64,000 nucleotides of DNA. It comes from Candidatus Omnitrophota bacterium (GTDB taxonomy: Bacteria; Omnitrophota; Gorgyraeia; Gygaellales; Profunditerraquicolaceae). The translations under genes and the position numbers were made by a program. The stretch spans positions 11,772 to 75,771 of the forward strand of contig JAZDEW010000064.1 of assembly GCA_043808425.1 (NCBI GenBank), written 5' to 3'. Positions 47,249 through 56,293 of this stretch are shown one piece after another; within the stretch, counting starts at the first letter, position 1, and every line of letters begins with the position of its first letter. The notes under the pieces are model-generated. The model saw nothing but the letters and a program-made list of their open reading frames with translations. It did no database searches and was not told the origin of the DNA.

Positions 47249-48301
47249 TTAAGGCAATATCCTCTTTTGAGATTCGGTATTTTTTAAAAGTTTTTTTACT
47301 TCACGATCAAAATCAGAAACAAAAAGTTTGTCTTGAACCGGTTTGTATTTCTCGAATTCGCTTTCCGCGAAAGATTTAGCTATTTCTGCCGTTACTTTTC
47401 CCGCGTTTTCCAAAATTTTCGCATCGTTAAATTTCAGAAAAGCGTTTAATTTTCCTGACCAGTCCCGCATTGTCATGGGTATCCCTTTTTCCGCTTGGTA
47501 TTCGGCATAATCAAGATACATAGTTACAATTCTGTTTAAAAATTTTATTTCTTTTTCATTAAGATAATTTTTGGCAATTACCACATCGGATTTTAGAATT
47601 TTCCCGTCCGCTGATTTTTTCCAAGTAGTAAGCCCCATATAGTCTTTAGTGTGATTGGCGCGATTGACAATAACTTCCGCCGCCGTGTGCCCATGCGTGG
47701 CAAAATGAAGTTTGTTTTGAACTGTGGCAAAAAAATCTTTGGTCGTTGGAGACCGTAAATCATAATCAATTGCAGTTACATAAATATCTGTAATTTGTTG
47801 ATAAAAATTTCTTTCACTCTCGCGAATATCGCGAATTTCAAGTATCAAATCTTTGAAATACTGCTTACTTAAATATGCTCCATTTTTTAATCTCACATCG
47901 TCAAGAACATATCCCCGAATAGCGTAATCTTTCAAAACTTGAGTAGCCCACCGTCTAAAATCTACTGCCTTTGAGGAATTAATTCTGTATCCAAGAGCGA
48001 TAATAATTTCTAAATTATAATAGTCAACCGCTCTTTTTATCTGCCTATCTCCTTCTTTTTGAACTGTTTCCAAAATGGAAATAGTTGCTTTTTTTGACAA
48101 TTCTCCTTCATCGTAAATATTTTTTAAATGTTTGGAAATAGCCGGAATATTCACGTCAAAAAGTTTTGCGATAAGTTTTTGAGTAAGCCAAATATTTTCA
48201 TCGTAAATTCTCACTTCAATGCCATTCTCTTCGGCTTGAGATGTGAAAATAAGAAATTCCGCGGTAGAATTACGAATTATAAGTTTTTTATCTTTTGCCA
48301 T
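47249..48301 (-). CDS. rhuM: RhuM-family protein (virulence protein RhuM-like)
   Basis: N-terminus AEFLIFTSQAEENGIEVRIYDENIWLTQKLIAKLFDV...HLKNIYDEGEL matches the conserved RhuM N-terminal domain. It is intercalated between mod and res. Confidence 0.65.
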   Translation of the reverse strand: MAKDKKLIIRNSTAEFLIFTSQAEENGIEVRIYDENIWLTQKLIAKLFDVNIPAISKHLKNIYDEGELSKKATISILETVQKEGDRQIKRAVDYYNLEIIIALGYRINSSKAVDFRRWATQVLKDYAIRGYVLDDVRLKNGAYLSKQYFKDLILEIRDIRESERNFYQQITDIYVTAIDYDLRSPTTKDFFATVQNKLHFATHGHTAAEVIVNRANHTKDYMGLTTWKKSADGKILKSDVVIAKNYLNEKEIKFLNRIVTMYLDYAEYQAEKGIPMTMRDWSGKLNAFLKFNDAKILENAGKVTAEIAKSFAESEFEKYKPVQDKLFVSDFDREVKKLLKNTESQKRILP

Positions 48302-48309
48302 AATTATAT

Positions 48310-50316
48310 CTAACGGGGTAAATAAAATTCTTCGCTTAAAGCGATATCTGCTTTGGAAAGATTATATTTTTTATCCGCTCGCTCGCTAAAATTCACATAC
48401 ATTTGGTTCAGATCCAACATTTCCACAAAAAGTTTTTTCTGTTTGTCCAAACCCAGCTTTTTAAATTCTTCCTCTTTAACGCTTTCTTGGAATTTTTTAA
48501 TTTCAACATTGTAATTGATAAAATATCGTTCATAAAGCTCATCAAATAATTTTTCCAATTCGCTTAAATTCTTGGCTTTCAAAATTCTCTCTTTGGCTTC
48601 TTCGTTCCATTTGGCAATTTCAAGATATACAAAATCCCCAGCCTTATTGTTTTCAATAACTTTTTTAACCCGTTCTTTTGTCACTGTATCAACATAGTGC
48701 ATTTGCTCGCACAAAATAAACTGCCGGTTTCCGCCATCTTCTTTGTTTAATTCTAAAACCGCGTGAGCGGTGGTTCCGCTTCCAGCAAAAAAATCAAGAA
48801 CAATATCTTCTTTACCTCGCTCTGTAACAATATCAATAGTATCTTTAACTGTATAAAGGGATTTAGGATAACTAAATAATTTATCTCCCGAAAAAATATT
48901 TTTCAATAGCATCGTACCATTTGCTGAAGCATCATATTTTGAATCAATCCATATCGTTTTTGGCTTTCTGCCATCCTTAATTCTATCCTTCATATAAATA
49001 ACACATTTTCCAGTAGTTTTTTTACAAACCATATCACCTCTTTTAACAGCTTCTAAAAAAGATGGCCGTGTTTGTCTCCAAACTCGTTTTTTCCCAAGCT
49101 TATCAATTGGAAATATTTCAATGTATCCCGATTTTTTATCAAGAGCAAAAATATTATTTTTTTCATCAAAATATATTGGATAGTATGAATTCGGCCTTTC
49201 TTCTGGAGTAGAAGTTCCGCCACTTCGCCTAAACGGCAAAAGACGATAGTCCCCTGAATTATCTTTTTTATCAAAATCTAATTCTTGCTCTTTTGTTAAT
49301 TTAAGAAAATTCAACGAAACCTGATCAATATCTTTCGCATAAAACATTGCGTACTCGTGTGAAGTCGCAAAATGCGTATTTGTAGTTCTGCCCCGTGGAT
49401 TACTTTGCACAATAACCGTACCAACAAAATTTTCTCTTCCAAATACTTCGTCGCTTAAAATTTTCAAATGAGCTTGCTCAGAATCATCAATGGTAACAAC
49501 AATTACTCCCTCGTCGCTCAATAATGTTTTTGCTATGTCCAATCGATTCTTAATAAAAGTCAGCCAAGAAGAGTGGTTAAAACTGTTATTATAGACAAAG
49601 GTATTATTTTCTCCTTCTGTATTATACGGCGGATCAATATAAATCAATTTTACTTTTCCAGCAAATTGCTCTTTTAAACAATGCAAGACAAGCAAATTAT
49701 TGCCCTTGATAATCAAATTATCCTTAATCACGCCATTTTCATCGCGGCGAAAACCGAGATTGCCGCGGTCGCTATCGCTCCCTCGCAATGACAGCATAGA
49801 ATGCTCGCCGTCTCTGTCTATTCGTTTAAAATTAGTAAATGCTTTGGGATCAAAAAGCCGGTCAATTTCATCTTTGGCTAAAACTTCATTAAAGAATACC
49901 TCGTTTCTTTTTTGATCTTCTTTGGTCATGCCGCCTTCCAACACACAATCCTTGAAAGGCCAATCCAAAACAACCTCTTCACGCTCGGAAAGAAGTTTAT
50001 TGCCAACGCGTAAACCGATTTTATTTTGATATTGAGTATACGAATTATCCAGCTTATTTTCATCAATAAAAAATTTCAAATCATTATGTTTTAAAACAAA
50101 AACATCTTTAATCCTGATAAAAAACTTTTCTTTTATTTCTTTATCGCTAAGTAACAATTCAATAATTTTCTCATCCAGCTTATCAATCAAATCTTTCAAA
50201 AGAGTCTCGTTGATCTCTTTTTTTTCTTCATCCCAAAGCCGAGCGTCTTTTTTAAGTATTTTATACAGATTGTCTTTAAATTTGTTTCCCATAGTAAAAT
50301 TTTCCCTTTTTTCCAT
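48310..50316 (-). CDS. mod: Type III restriction-modification system methyltransferase subunit (Mod; beta-class N6-adenine/N4-cytosine MTase)
   Basis: Motif IV DPPY (LIYIDPPYNTE) precedes motif I FxGSG (VLDFFAGSGTTAHAV), which is the beta-class order. A long middle region is consistent with a target-recognition domain. Confidence 0.82.
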   Translation of the reverse strand: MEKRENFTMGNKFKDNLYKILKKDARLWDEEKKEINETLLKDLIDKLDEKIIELLLSDKEIKEKFFIRIKDVFVLKHNDLKFFIDENKLDNSYTQYQNKIGLRVGNKLLSEREEVVLDWPFKDCVLEGGMTKEDQKRNEVFFNEVLAKDEIDRLFDPKAFTNFKRIDRDGEHSMLSLRGSDSDRGNLGFRRDENGVIKDNLIIKGNNLLVLHCLKEQFAGKVKLIYIDPPYNTEGENNTFVYNNSFNHSSWLTFIKNRLDIAKTLLSDEGVIVVTIDDSEQAHLKILSDEVFGRENFVGTVIVQSNPRGRTTNTHFATSHEYAMFYAKDIDQVSLNFLKLTKEQELDFDKKDNSGDYRLLPFRRSGGTSTPEERPNSYYPIYFDEKNNIFALDKKSGYIEIFPIDKLGKKRVWRQTRPSFLEAVKRGDMVCKKTTGKCVIYMKDRIKDGRKPKTIWIDSKYDASANGTMLLKNIFSGDKLFSYPKSLYTVKDTIDIVTERGKEDIVLDFFAGSGTTAHAVLELNKEDGGNRQFILCEQMHYVDTVTKERVKKVIENNKAGDFVYLEIAKWNEEAKERILKAKNLSELEKLFDELYERYFINYNVEIKKFQESVKEEEFKKLGLDKQKKLFVEMLDLNQMYVNFSERADKKYNLSKADIALSEEFYLPR

Positions 50317-50325
50317 AATATAATT

Positions 50326-51162
50326 TTATTTCAATTTTTTAGTTTTTAATTTTGGCAAAAAGTTTTCGCCTGTAATCACGCTTTTTCCAGTTTTTTCTTC
50401 CAAAGCCGTTCTCGCGTCTTTAGCAATTTTACCGCCTTTCTTCGCGGGAATCTTGTTAGCCTCCAAACCTTTTGTTTCCATAGTTTCCGCGATTTGGCGA
50501 GTGGAAAGTTCCGCCAAGGCCGTAAAAACCAATTCCGCGTCAGACATATGATCCCGTAAATTTTGCGTCTTTAACTTCTTTAAATTTTTATGTTCTCTAA
50601 CCGACAAATCACTCCATTCTTGGTGGATAATATTTGTCAAAATAGCGTATTCGTCTTTTTCTTCAACTTCGTTGTCTTTCCAGTAATCCGTCAGCTTATT
50701 CCTAACTTCCTGCCCCATCATTCTTTGCTGAATCCATTTTTGGCTTCGGCCCATTTTTTGCCAATAATCACGGCTGCGATTAAGTGCTTTTTCAGGATCA
50801 CTTATTTCTTTTATTCTTTCATAACCAACTTTTGCAAGCCAAAGCTTTATCGGCTCGGCTTTTTTACTCGGAACCGATTGAATAATTCTAAATAGATGCT
50901 CAGGATTTCCGGCTAAAGTTTTTCTGTTTTTCCCTGTTTCCGTGCCCATTTCTATCTGGGGACAATTTGTCCCTATGTAGCGGCCAAGTTCAGAATCCCT
51001 TTTTCTTAATTTTTTCAAGTAATCCGTGGGATTGACGCTTCCAGTAAGCGCAAAAATAATATCCACCACGGAAAAATACCATGATCCTTTTTGTTCATCA
51101 TAGAAACGCCGGATTTTATAGGTTTCAAAAATTGCCAATGAATTTTGATTATTTTTCTTCAT
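50326..51162 (-). CDS. Bro-N / KilA-N domain protein (DinD-like, DNA-damage-inducible protein D family)
   Basis: N-terminal IRRFYDEQKGSWYFSVVDIIFALT matches the Bro-N fold. It is the first gene after radC in the defence operon. Confidence 0.55.
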   Translation of the reverse strand: MKKNNQNSLAIFETYKIRRFYDEQKGSWYFSVVDIIFALTGSVNPTDYLKKLRKRDSELGRYIGTNCPQIEMGTETGKNRKTLAGNPEHLFRIIQSVPSKKAEPIKLWLAKVGYERIKEISDPEKALNRSRDYWQKMGRSQKWIQQRMMGQEVRNKLTDYWKDNEVEEKDEYAILTNIIHQEWSDLSVREHKNLKKLKTQNLRDHMSDAELVFTALAELSTRQIAETMETKGLEANKIPAKKGGKIAKDARTALEEKTGKSVITGENFLPKLKTKKLK

Positions 51163-51170
51163 ATTTTAAT

Positions 51171-51854
51171 TTAAATTAACCCTTTATCCTTAAAACTTAA
51201 AAACCCATTTGCCGTAACAATGATATGATCAATAATTTCAATCCCCATAATTTTACCAACCTCAACTAATCTTTTGGTAATCGTCAAATCGTCTTCCGAC
51301 GGTTTGGGGTCGCCCGAGGGATGATTGTGAACAAATATCACGGATGCCGCCTTATTTTTGATGGCTTCGGCGAATACTTCGCGCGGATGGACAATGCTGG
51401 CGTTAAGGCTGCCCACGGAAACCTCTGCCACTGAGTGATTTCTACTATTAAGAGCGATAATATAAAAATGTTCTTTTTGATAATCTTTGAGTCTGCTTTT
51501 TATCAACTGATAGACCTTTAGGGGATCGGTAAGTTCTTTACTCTTATATGGCGGGGCCTGAGTAGAAACGCGGCGTCCAATTTCAAAAACGGCTTTTATT
51601 TGTGACGCTTTTGCTAATCCAATTCCTCTAACTGAAGACAGCTCCTCAATACTTGCTTCGGCTAATTTCTGTAAACTGCCAAATTGCGATAGTAGTTTTT
51701 GCGCCGTGACTACCACCGATTCACCAGCAATACCGCGCCCTAAAATAACCTGTAATAACTCCTGAGCCGAAAGCGCCTGTTCACCAAACTTTACCAATCG
51801 CTCGCGTGGACGTTCATCGGCTGGTAGATCATGAATAGTAAACGATTTGCTCAT
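51171..51854 (-). CDS. radC: RadC-like JAB/MPN domain protein (UPF0758)
   Basis: N-terminal HhH region (ELLQVILGRG) and C-terminal JAMM motif HNHPSGDPKPSEDD. Confidence 0.8.
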   Translation of the reverse strand: MSKSFTIHDLPADERPRERLVKFGEQALSAQELLQVILGRGIAGESVVVTAQKLLSQFGSLQKLAEASIEELSSVRGIGLAKASQIKAVFEIGRRVSTQAPPYKSKELTDPLKVYQLIKSRLKDYQKEHFYIIALNSRNHSVAEVSVGSLNASIVHPREVFAEAIKNKAASVIFVHNHPSGDPKPSEDDLTITKRLVEVGKIMGIEIIDHIIVTANGFLSFKDKGLI

Positions 51855-51908
51855 ATTTAATCAAACCATTAACGCTAACTTATAACGTTTTGGCGATTTT
51901 TGTTAGAT

Positions 51909-51986
51909 TGGTCGGGGAGAGCGGATTTGAACCGCTGACCTCTTGCTCCCGAAGCAAGCGCTCTAGCCAAGCTGAGCCACTCCCCG
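51909..51986 (-). tRNA. tRNA-Pro (anticodon CGG)
   Basis: Minus-strand sequence CGGGGAGTGGCTCAGCTTGGCTAGAGCGCTTGCTTCGGGAGCAAGAGGTCAGCGGTTCAAATCCGCTCTCCCCGACCA folds as a cloverleaf. It has a 7-bp acceptor stem, a GCTC/GAGC D stem, a CTTGC/GCAAG anticodon stem with loop TTCGGGA, a GGTTCAAAT T loop and an encoded CCA. Confidence 0.88.
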
Positions 51987-52001
51987 TTAATCTATTTAAA
52001 A

Positions 52002-52676
52002 CTAAAAATTATTATCTTCGTAAATAGCTTTTAACCAACCAATAATCTTTTTATATACTTTTATATCACATAAAATCACGTGAGCTGTACCGTATTTTGA
52101 ACGCCTAAGATGCCGGCAAGGTTCGTCTTTGTAGCTTCTTTTTATAAAAGGCTTACAGAACTGATCCGCAACAATACCCAGCCCCCCTGACCAAAACTTC
52201 TTTGCCTCTTCCGGGCATATATCTTCATATAACATCAACCTCACTTTAATCTTTTTCTTGGGAACCAAACATACCTTTATTAGAAAATTTATAAATATAC
52301 GCAATATCTCAGGGTTGGAATTGGCAATCTCGACTCTCTGCCCTGAAACATTCGAAGATTTGAATCCTTCACCCGCATACAGCATAAGCCCGGCAATCCA
52401 CAAATCCCTGTTAGATAATGGAATGATTTCTTCTCTACACTTAGCATTAATCTCATCATTACGCCTAGCAATATTAGAAAGCCTTGTCTTGCGGCTTTGC
52501 TCTCTGCCTAAACGACGCTGATCATTAATATTAAAGAATACCTCTCTAGGCACTGTTACATTTCGAACCCAAGCGCTTACTGACCCCTTAGAAACTTCTA
52601 GCCTCTGGGCGATTTGCTTCAGCGACAAACCATTAAGGCGCAAACCCTGAGCTTTTTCTTTTTCTAATAATTTCAT
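52002..52676 (-). CDS. Helix-turn-helix DNA-binding protein of unknown function
   Basis: N-terminal HTH (LSLKQIAQRLEVSKGSVSAWV) with a C-terminal Cys/Lys-rich domain and a weak LAGLIDADG-like stretch (IAGLMLYAGEG). It is adjacent to the tRNA. Confidence 0.4.
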   Translation of the reverse strand: MKLLEKEKAQGLRLNGLSLKQIAQRLEVSKGSVSAWVRNVTVPREVFFNINDQRRLGREQSRKTRLSNIARRNDEINAKCREEIIPLSNRDLWIAGLMLYAGEGFKSSNVSGQRVEIANSNPEILRIFINFLIKVCLVPKKKIKVRLMLYEDICPEEAKKFWSGGLGIVADQFCKPFIKRSYKDEPCRHLRRSKYGTAHVILCDIKVYKKIIGWLKAIYEDNNF

Positions 52677-52723
52677 GAAATCAGTATAGCAAAAATTCAG
52701 AGTTTACGCAATAACAGAAAAGA

Positions 52724-53314
52724 CTAAGCGGCAGTTTTTTTAGCGAGAATATCAAATTCAACGTTCAATTTATCCGAGGGGCCCTTAAAATTTAAAGTTG
52801 TATTCTTAAGGGTCTGGGGAATGATACAAACCTTAAAAGTATTACCGCGAATCAACGCTAAAGTTAAACTTATTCCGTCAAGAGACACTGACCCCTTAGG
52901 CAGACAGTAGCGCATAAAAGCAGACGGAACAGAAATCTCAAACTCAACACTCCCATTACGCAGGATTTTCCTGCGCACCAAACCCAGACAATCAATATGC
53001 CCGCTCACAAAATGCCCGCTGACTCTATCTGCCACCTTCAAGCTGCGCTCAAGATTGACGGCTTGTCCGATTTTTAATAATCCCAGGTTAGTATTTTTAC
53101 GAGTGGTATCCATAACCTCAAAACTCACCCAACTCCTGCGCGCAGGGGCGGGGTCAATTTTTGCTACCGTCAGGCAAGCCCCGTTAACCGCGATACTCTG
53201 GCCAATCTTAGTATCAATTAATGTTTCCTTAGCGCTGATTTCTAGCAGGACTATACCTGAACGCTGCGTTATTTTTTTTACCCGGCCTAATTCTTCAACA
53301 ATACCCGTAAACAT
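52724..53314 (-). CDS. ribE: Riboflavin synthase alpha subunit
   Basis: MFTGIVEELG N-terminus and duplicated lumazine-binding repeats. Confidence 0.85.
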   Translation of the reverse strand: MFTGIVEELGRVKKITQRSGIVLLEISAKETLIDTKIGQSIAVNGACLTVAKIDPAPARRSWVSFEVMDTTRKNTNLGLLKIGQAVNLERSLKVADRVSGHFVSGHIDCLGLVRRKILRNGSVEFEISVPSAFMRYCLPKGSVSLDGISLTLALIRGNTFKVCIIPQTLKNTTLNFKGPSDKLNVEFDILAKKTAA

Positions 53315-54412
53315 TTACCTTAGTACCCTTGCCGCCACTAAAAGTTCTTCGCCAAAACGCCTAATCTTTAAATCGGACAATTTTATCGCCTGATCTATAC
53401 GCTTAACCCCCTTGCCCATCACCGAAGAAACAGCGTCTTTGCCACCGATAATCTTAGGGCTGATAAAAAATAAAATCTTATCCACTAATCTTTCATCGAA
53501 TAACGAACCGATGAGAGTCCCTCCTCCTTCGACGATAATACTGCTTATTTGTAATTGCGCCAATTTCTTTAAGGCATCCGTTAAATTAATCTGGCCGCCT
53601 TTTTCCTTAACCTCCAGGATCCTGGCTTTAGCCGCTAAATTTTTGCGGTTCTCCGTTTCCTGGCCAGGCCGGCTAGGCAAAGTAATAATAATTACCTGAC
53701 TATCCCCGGCAAAAATATTAGAATCAGCCGATATACTTAAATTACTATCCACAATTATCTTAATTAACTTTTTTTGAGAAAACCAGGCATTCAAACTAGG
53801 ATTATCACGCAAGACAGTATTTACCCCGACCATAATCGCATCATAATCCTTGCGTATGCTATGGGCAAACGCCCGCGACTTATCCGAAGTAATCCATTTA
53901 GAGTCACCGGTACGGGTAGCAATCCGGCCGTCTAAAGATTCGGCAACCTTAACGGTAATAAAAGGAATTCTAGTCGTGATATATTTAATAAAACTCTCAT
54001 TTATTTTTTCCAATTGATCGCTTAAAACCCCCACCCTGACTTTAATGTTGCTCTGTTTAAGCAGGCCGACACCTTTGCCGTTATTTAAAGGGTTAGGATC
54101 AATCATCCCGACCACCACTTCTTTTATACCGCTTCCAATTATACGATTAATACAAGGCGGAGTACGGCCAGTATGCGCGCAAGGCTCAAGAGTAACATAC
54201 AAAGTTGCACCGACTGCCAATTTAGCCGCTTCATCTAAAGCCATAATCTCCGCATGCGCAGACCCGGCCTGAGCATGAAAACCGCGGCCAATAATTTTAT
54301 TCGCTTTTACCACTAATGCGCCGACTAAAGGATTAGGAGAAGTTTTTCCTTTAGCTTTAAGCGCTAATTTTAAAGCCAACCCCATATAATATTCATCCAA
54401 CGGTTTAATCAT
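53315..54412 (-). CDS. ribD: Bifunctional diaminohydroxyphosphoribosylaminopyrimidine deaminase / 5-amino-6-(5-phosphoribosylamino)uracil reductase
   Basis: HAE...PCxxC zinc deaminase motif (HAEIMAL, EPCAHTGRTPPC) and a C-terminal reductase domain. Confidence 0.85.
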   Translation of the reverse strand: MIKPLDEYYMGLALKLALKAKGKTSPNPLVGALVVKANKIIGRGFHAQAGSAHAEIMALDEAAKLAVGATLYVTLEPCAHTGRTPPCINRIIGSGIKEVVVGMIDPNPLNNGKGVGLLKQSNIKVRVGVLSDQLEKINESFIKYITTRIPFITVKVAESLDGRIATRTGDSKWITSDKSRAFAHSIRKDYDAIMVGVNTVLRDNPSLNAWFSQKKLIKIIVDSNLSISADSNIFAGDSQVIIITLPSRPGQETENRKNLAAKARILEVKEKGGQINLTDALKKLAQLQISSIIVEGGGTLIGSLFDERLVDKILFFISPKIIGGKDAVSSVMGKGVKRIDQAIKLSDLKIRRFGEELLVAARVLR

Positions 54413-55224
54413 TTTTTAGCCAGCCTTAATTTTTCCACTAATTCCAACGGTATTTTAATCATGCCTAATTTTATCTGAGGTTTTGCATGGCCATGGAAAT
54501 CTGTTCCTCCGGTAACCAAAAGATTAAGCTTCTTAACTAAATCCAGATAAAAATTAACCACCGCCTGGGAATGCTCAGGATAATGCACTTCAATACCCTC
54601 TAGCCCATAATCTGTAAATTCAGCAATCAAGGCGTCATTATGCAGCATATACGGGTGCGCTAAAACCGCTACCCCGCCGGCAGCATGAATTAATTTTATA
54701 GCCTCCGGCACAGAAAGACAAAAACCCGCAACATAAGCCGGAGATTTATCTCCGATATATTTACGGAATGCCTCAGAAGTAGAACCCACCAATCTTTCTT
54801 TAACTAATGCTTGGGCAATATGCATTCTACCCACCGTGCCCTGCCCAGAAATATTAAAAACAGTGCCCGGATTAAGCTTTAATCCCAGAGCCCCTAAATT
54901 CTCTACTATTTTATAAACCCGTTGAATACGATTAAGTTGTAATAATTTTAATTTTTCAAGCAGCTCTTTATTCTGATAGTCCAAAAAATACCCTAGAATA
55001 TGTATCTCCTGATTCTCATGCTGGGCAGTTAATTCAATGCCCGGAATAATCTCTAAATCCTTTCCCTGGGCTTGAGCAAATGCTTCAGCCAGGGCGTCGG
55101 TGGTATCATGATCCACAATCGCCAGCACAGAAATACCTCGCGCGATTGCTTCCTTAATCAATTGCGCGGATGTATATGTGCCATCACTGTGAGAGGTATG
55201 CACATGCAAATCAGCATATTTCAT
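54409..55224 (-). CDS. PHP-domain phosphoesterase (TrpH/YciV-like)
   Basis: N-terminal DLHVHTSHSDG PHP metal-binding motif. Confidence 0.7.
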   Translation of the reverse strand: MKYADLHVHTSHSDGTYTSAQLIKEAIARGISVLAIVDHDTTDALAEAFAQAQGKDLEIIPGIELTAQHENQEIHILGYFLDYQNKELLEKLKLLQLNRIQRVYKIVENLGALGLKLNPGTVFNISGQGTVGRMHIAQALVKERLVGSTSEAFRKYIGDKSPAYVAGFCLSVPEAIKLIHAAGGVAVLAHPYMLHNDALIAEFTDYGLEGIEVHYPEHSQAVVNFYLDLVKKLNLLVTGGTDFHGHAKPQIKLGMIKIPLELVEKLRLAKK

Positions 55225-55297
55225 CAGGCACCTTCTAATTTATTCATTCTTTTTAGCCTTTTAGTTTTTAGTATTGAATACAAAGAAGGCGCGGGGT

Positions 55298-55714
55298 TCA
55301 TTTTTCTTTTTCAATTTTTATTTGATCCAGTATAGCATTAACAAACTTACCCGACTCTAAGCCGGAATATTTCTTAGCTAGCTCCACCGCTTCATTAATC
55401 GCCACTTTGGGGGGGATATCCACCCGAAACAAAAGCTCAAAACAGCCCAGGCGCATAATATTACGATCCACAAATGCCATACGTTCAAGCTGCCAATTCG
55501 TAGCATATTTGCTAATCATTTTATCAATCTCCGACAAATGATCAATCACTCCCCCTAGCAGCTCAGAAGAAAAATCTTTAAGCTCACCAGACATATCAAG
55601 CCGGTCATTGCTTGCAGAAAAATTTTCTAAAACTTCCTGCCAATTACCCTGAGTAATATCCACCTGGTAGAGCATTTGCAATACATATTCACGTGCTTTA
55701 GTCCGTTTACGCAT
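55298..55714 (-). CDS. nusB: Transcription antitermination factor NusB
   Basis: KRTKAREYVLQMLYQ N-terminus and all-helical NusB fold. It sits next to ribH as in many bacteria. Confidence 0.8.
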   Translation of the reverse strand: MRKRTKAREYVLQMLYQVDITQGNWQEVLENFSASNDRLDMSGELKDFSSELLGGVIDHLSEIDKMISKYATNWQLERMAFVDRNIMRLGCFELLFRVDIPPKVAINEAVELAKKYSGLESGKFVNAILDQIKIEKEK

Positions 55715-55789
55715 TTAATGATTTATTCCAACGTATGCGTAAAAATATTAAATAAAATTTTTACGCGTTTGTAAATCAGAATCAAGTTG

Positions 55790-56257
55790 TTATTTCAACT
55801 GTCCCGTTAAGTTAATCATCTCAATAGCCGAAAGAGCCGCATCTTTACCTTTGTTTCCATCTTTAGAACCTGCGCGTTCAACTGCCTGCTCAATACTATC
55901 CGCAGTAATTACGCCAAAAATAACCGGTAGGCCGCTATCCAAAGAAACCTTGGCAACCCCCTTGGCCACTTCAGCAGCAATATAATCAAAATGCGGAGTT
56001 GCTCCTCGAATAATCGTACCTAAGCAAATCAAGGCATCAAATGATTTAGCTTTGGCCATTCTCTGAGCAACTAAAGGAATCTCAAATGCCCCCGGAACCC
56101 AAACTACGGTAATATCTTTATCTTCTGCGCCGTGCCTAATCAAAGTATCGATACAGCCACTAACCAGCTCCTTGGTCATAAAATCATTAAATCGGGAAGC
56201 CACTAAGCCAAAACTCTGGCCCTTTACTAACAATTTACCTTCAATCACTTTCACCAT
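55790..56257 (-). CDS. ribH: 6,7-dimethyl-8-ribityllumazine synthase
   Basis: Lumazine synthase motifs (VASRFNDF..., VWVPGAFE). Confidence 0.85.
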   Translation of the reverse strand: MVKVIEGKLLVKGQSFGLVASRFNDFMTKELVSGCIDTLIRHGAEDKDITVVWVPGAFEIPLVAQRMAKAKSFDALICLGTIIRGATPHFDYIAAEVAKGVAKVSLDSGLPVIFGVITADSIEQAVERAGSKDGNKGKDAALSAIEMINLTGQLK

Positions 56258-56293
56258 ATTCCCTCCTCTAATGGATATCTACTTATTTAAACT

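Noticed and set aside
52002-52676. LAGLIDADG homing endonuclease call
   Set aside because: The IAGLMLYAGEG stretch has the wrong spacing for a canonical LAGLIDADG motif. It is reported only as an HTH protein of unknown function.
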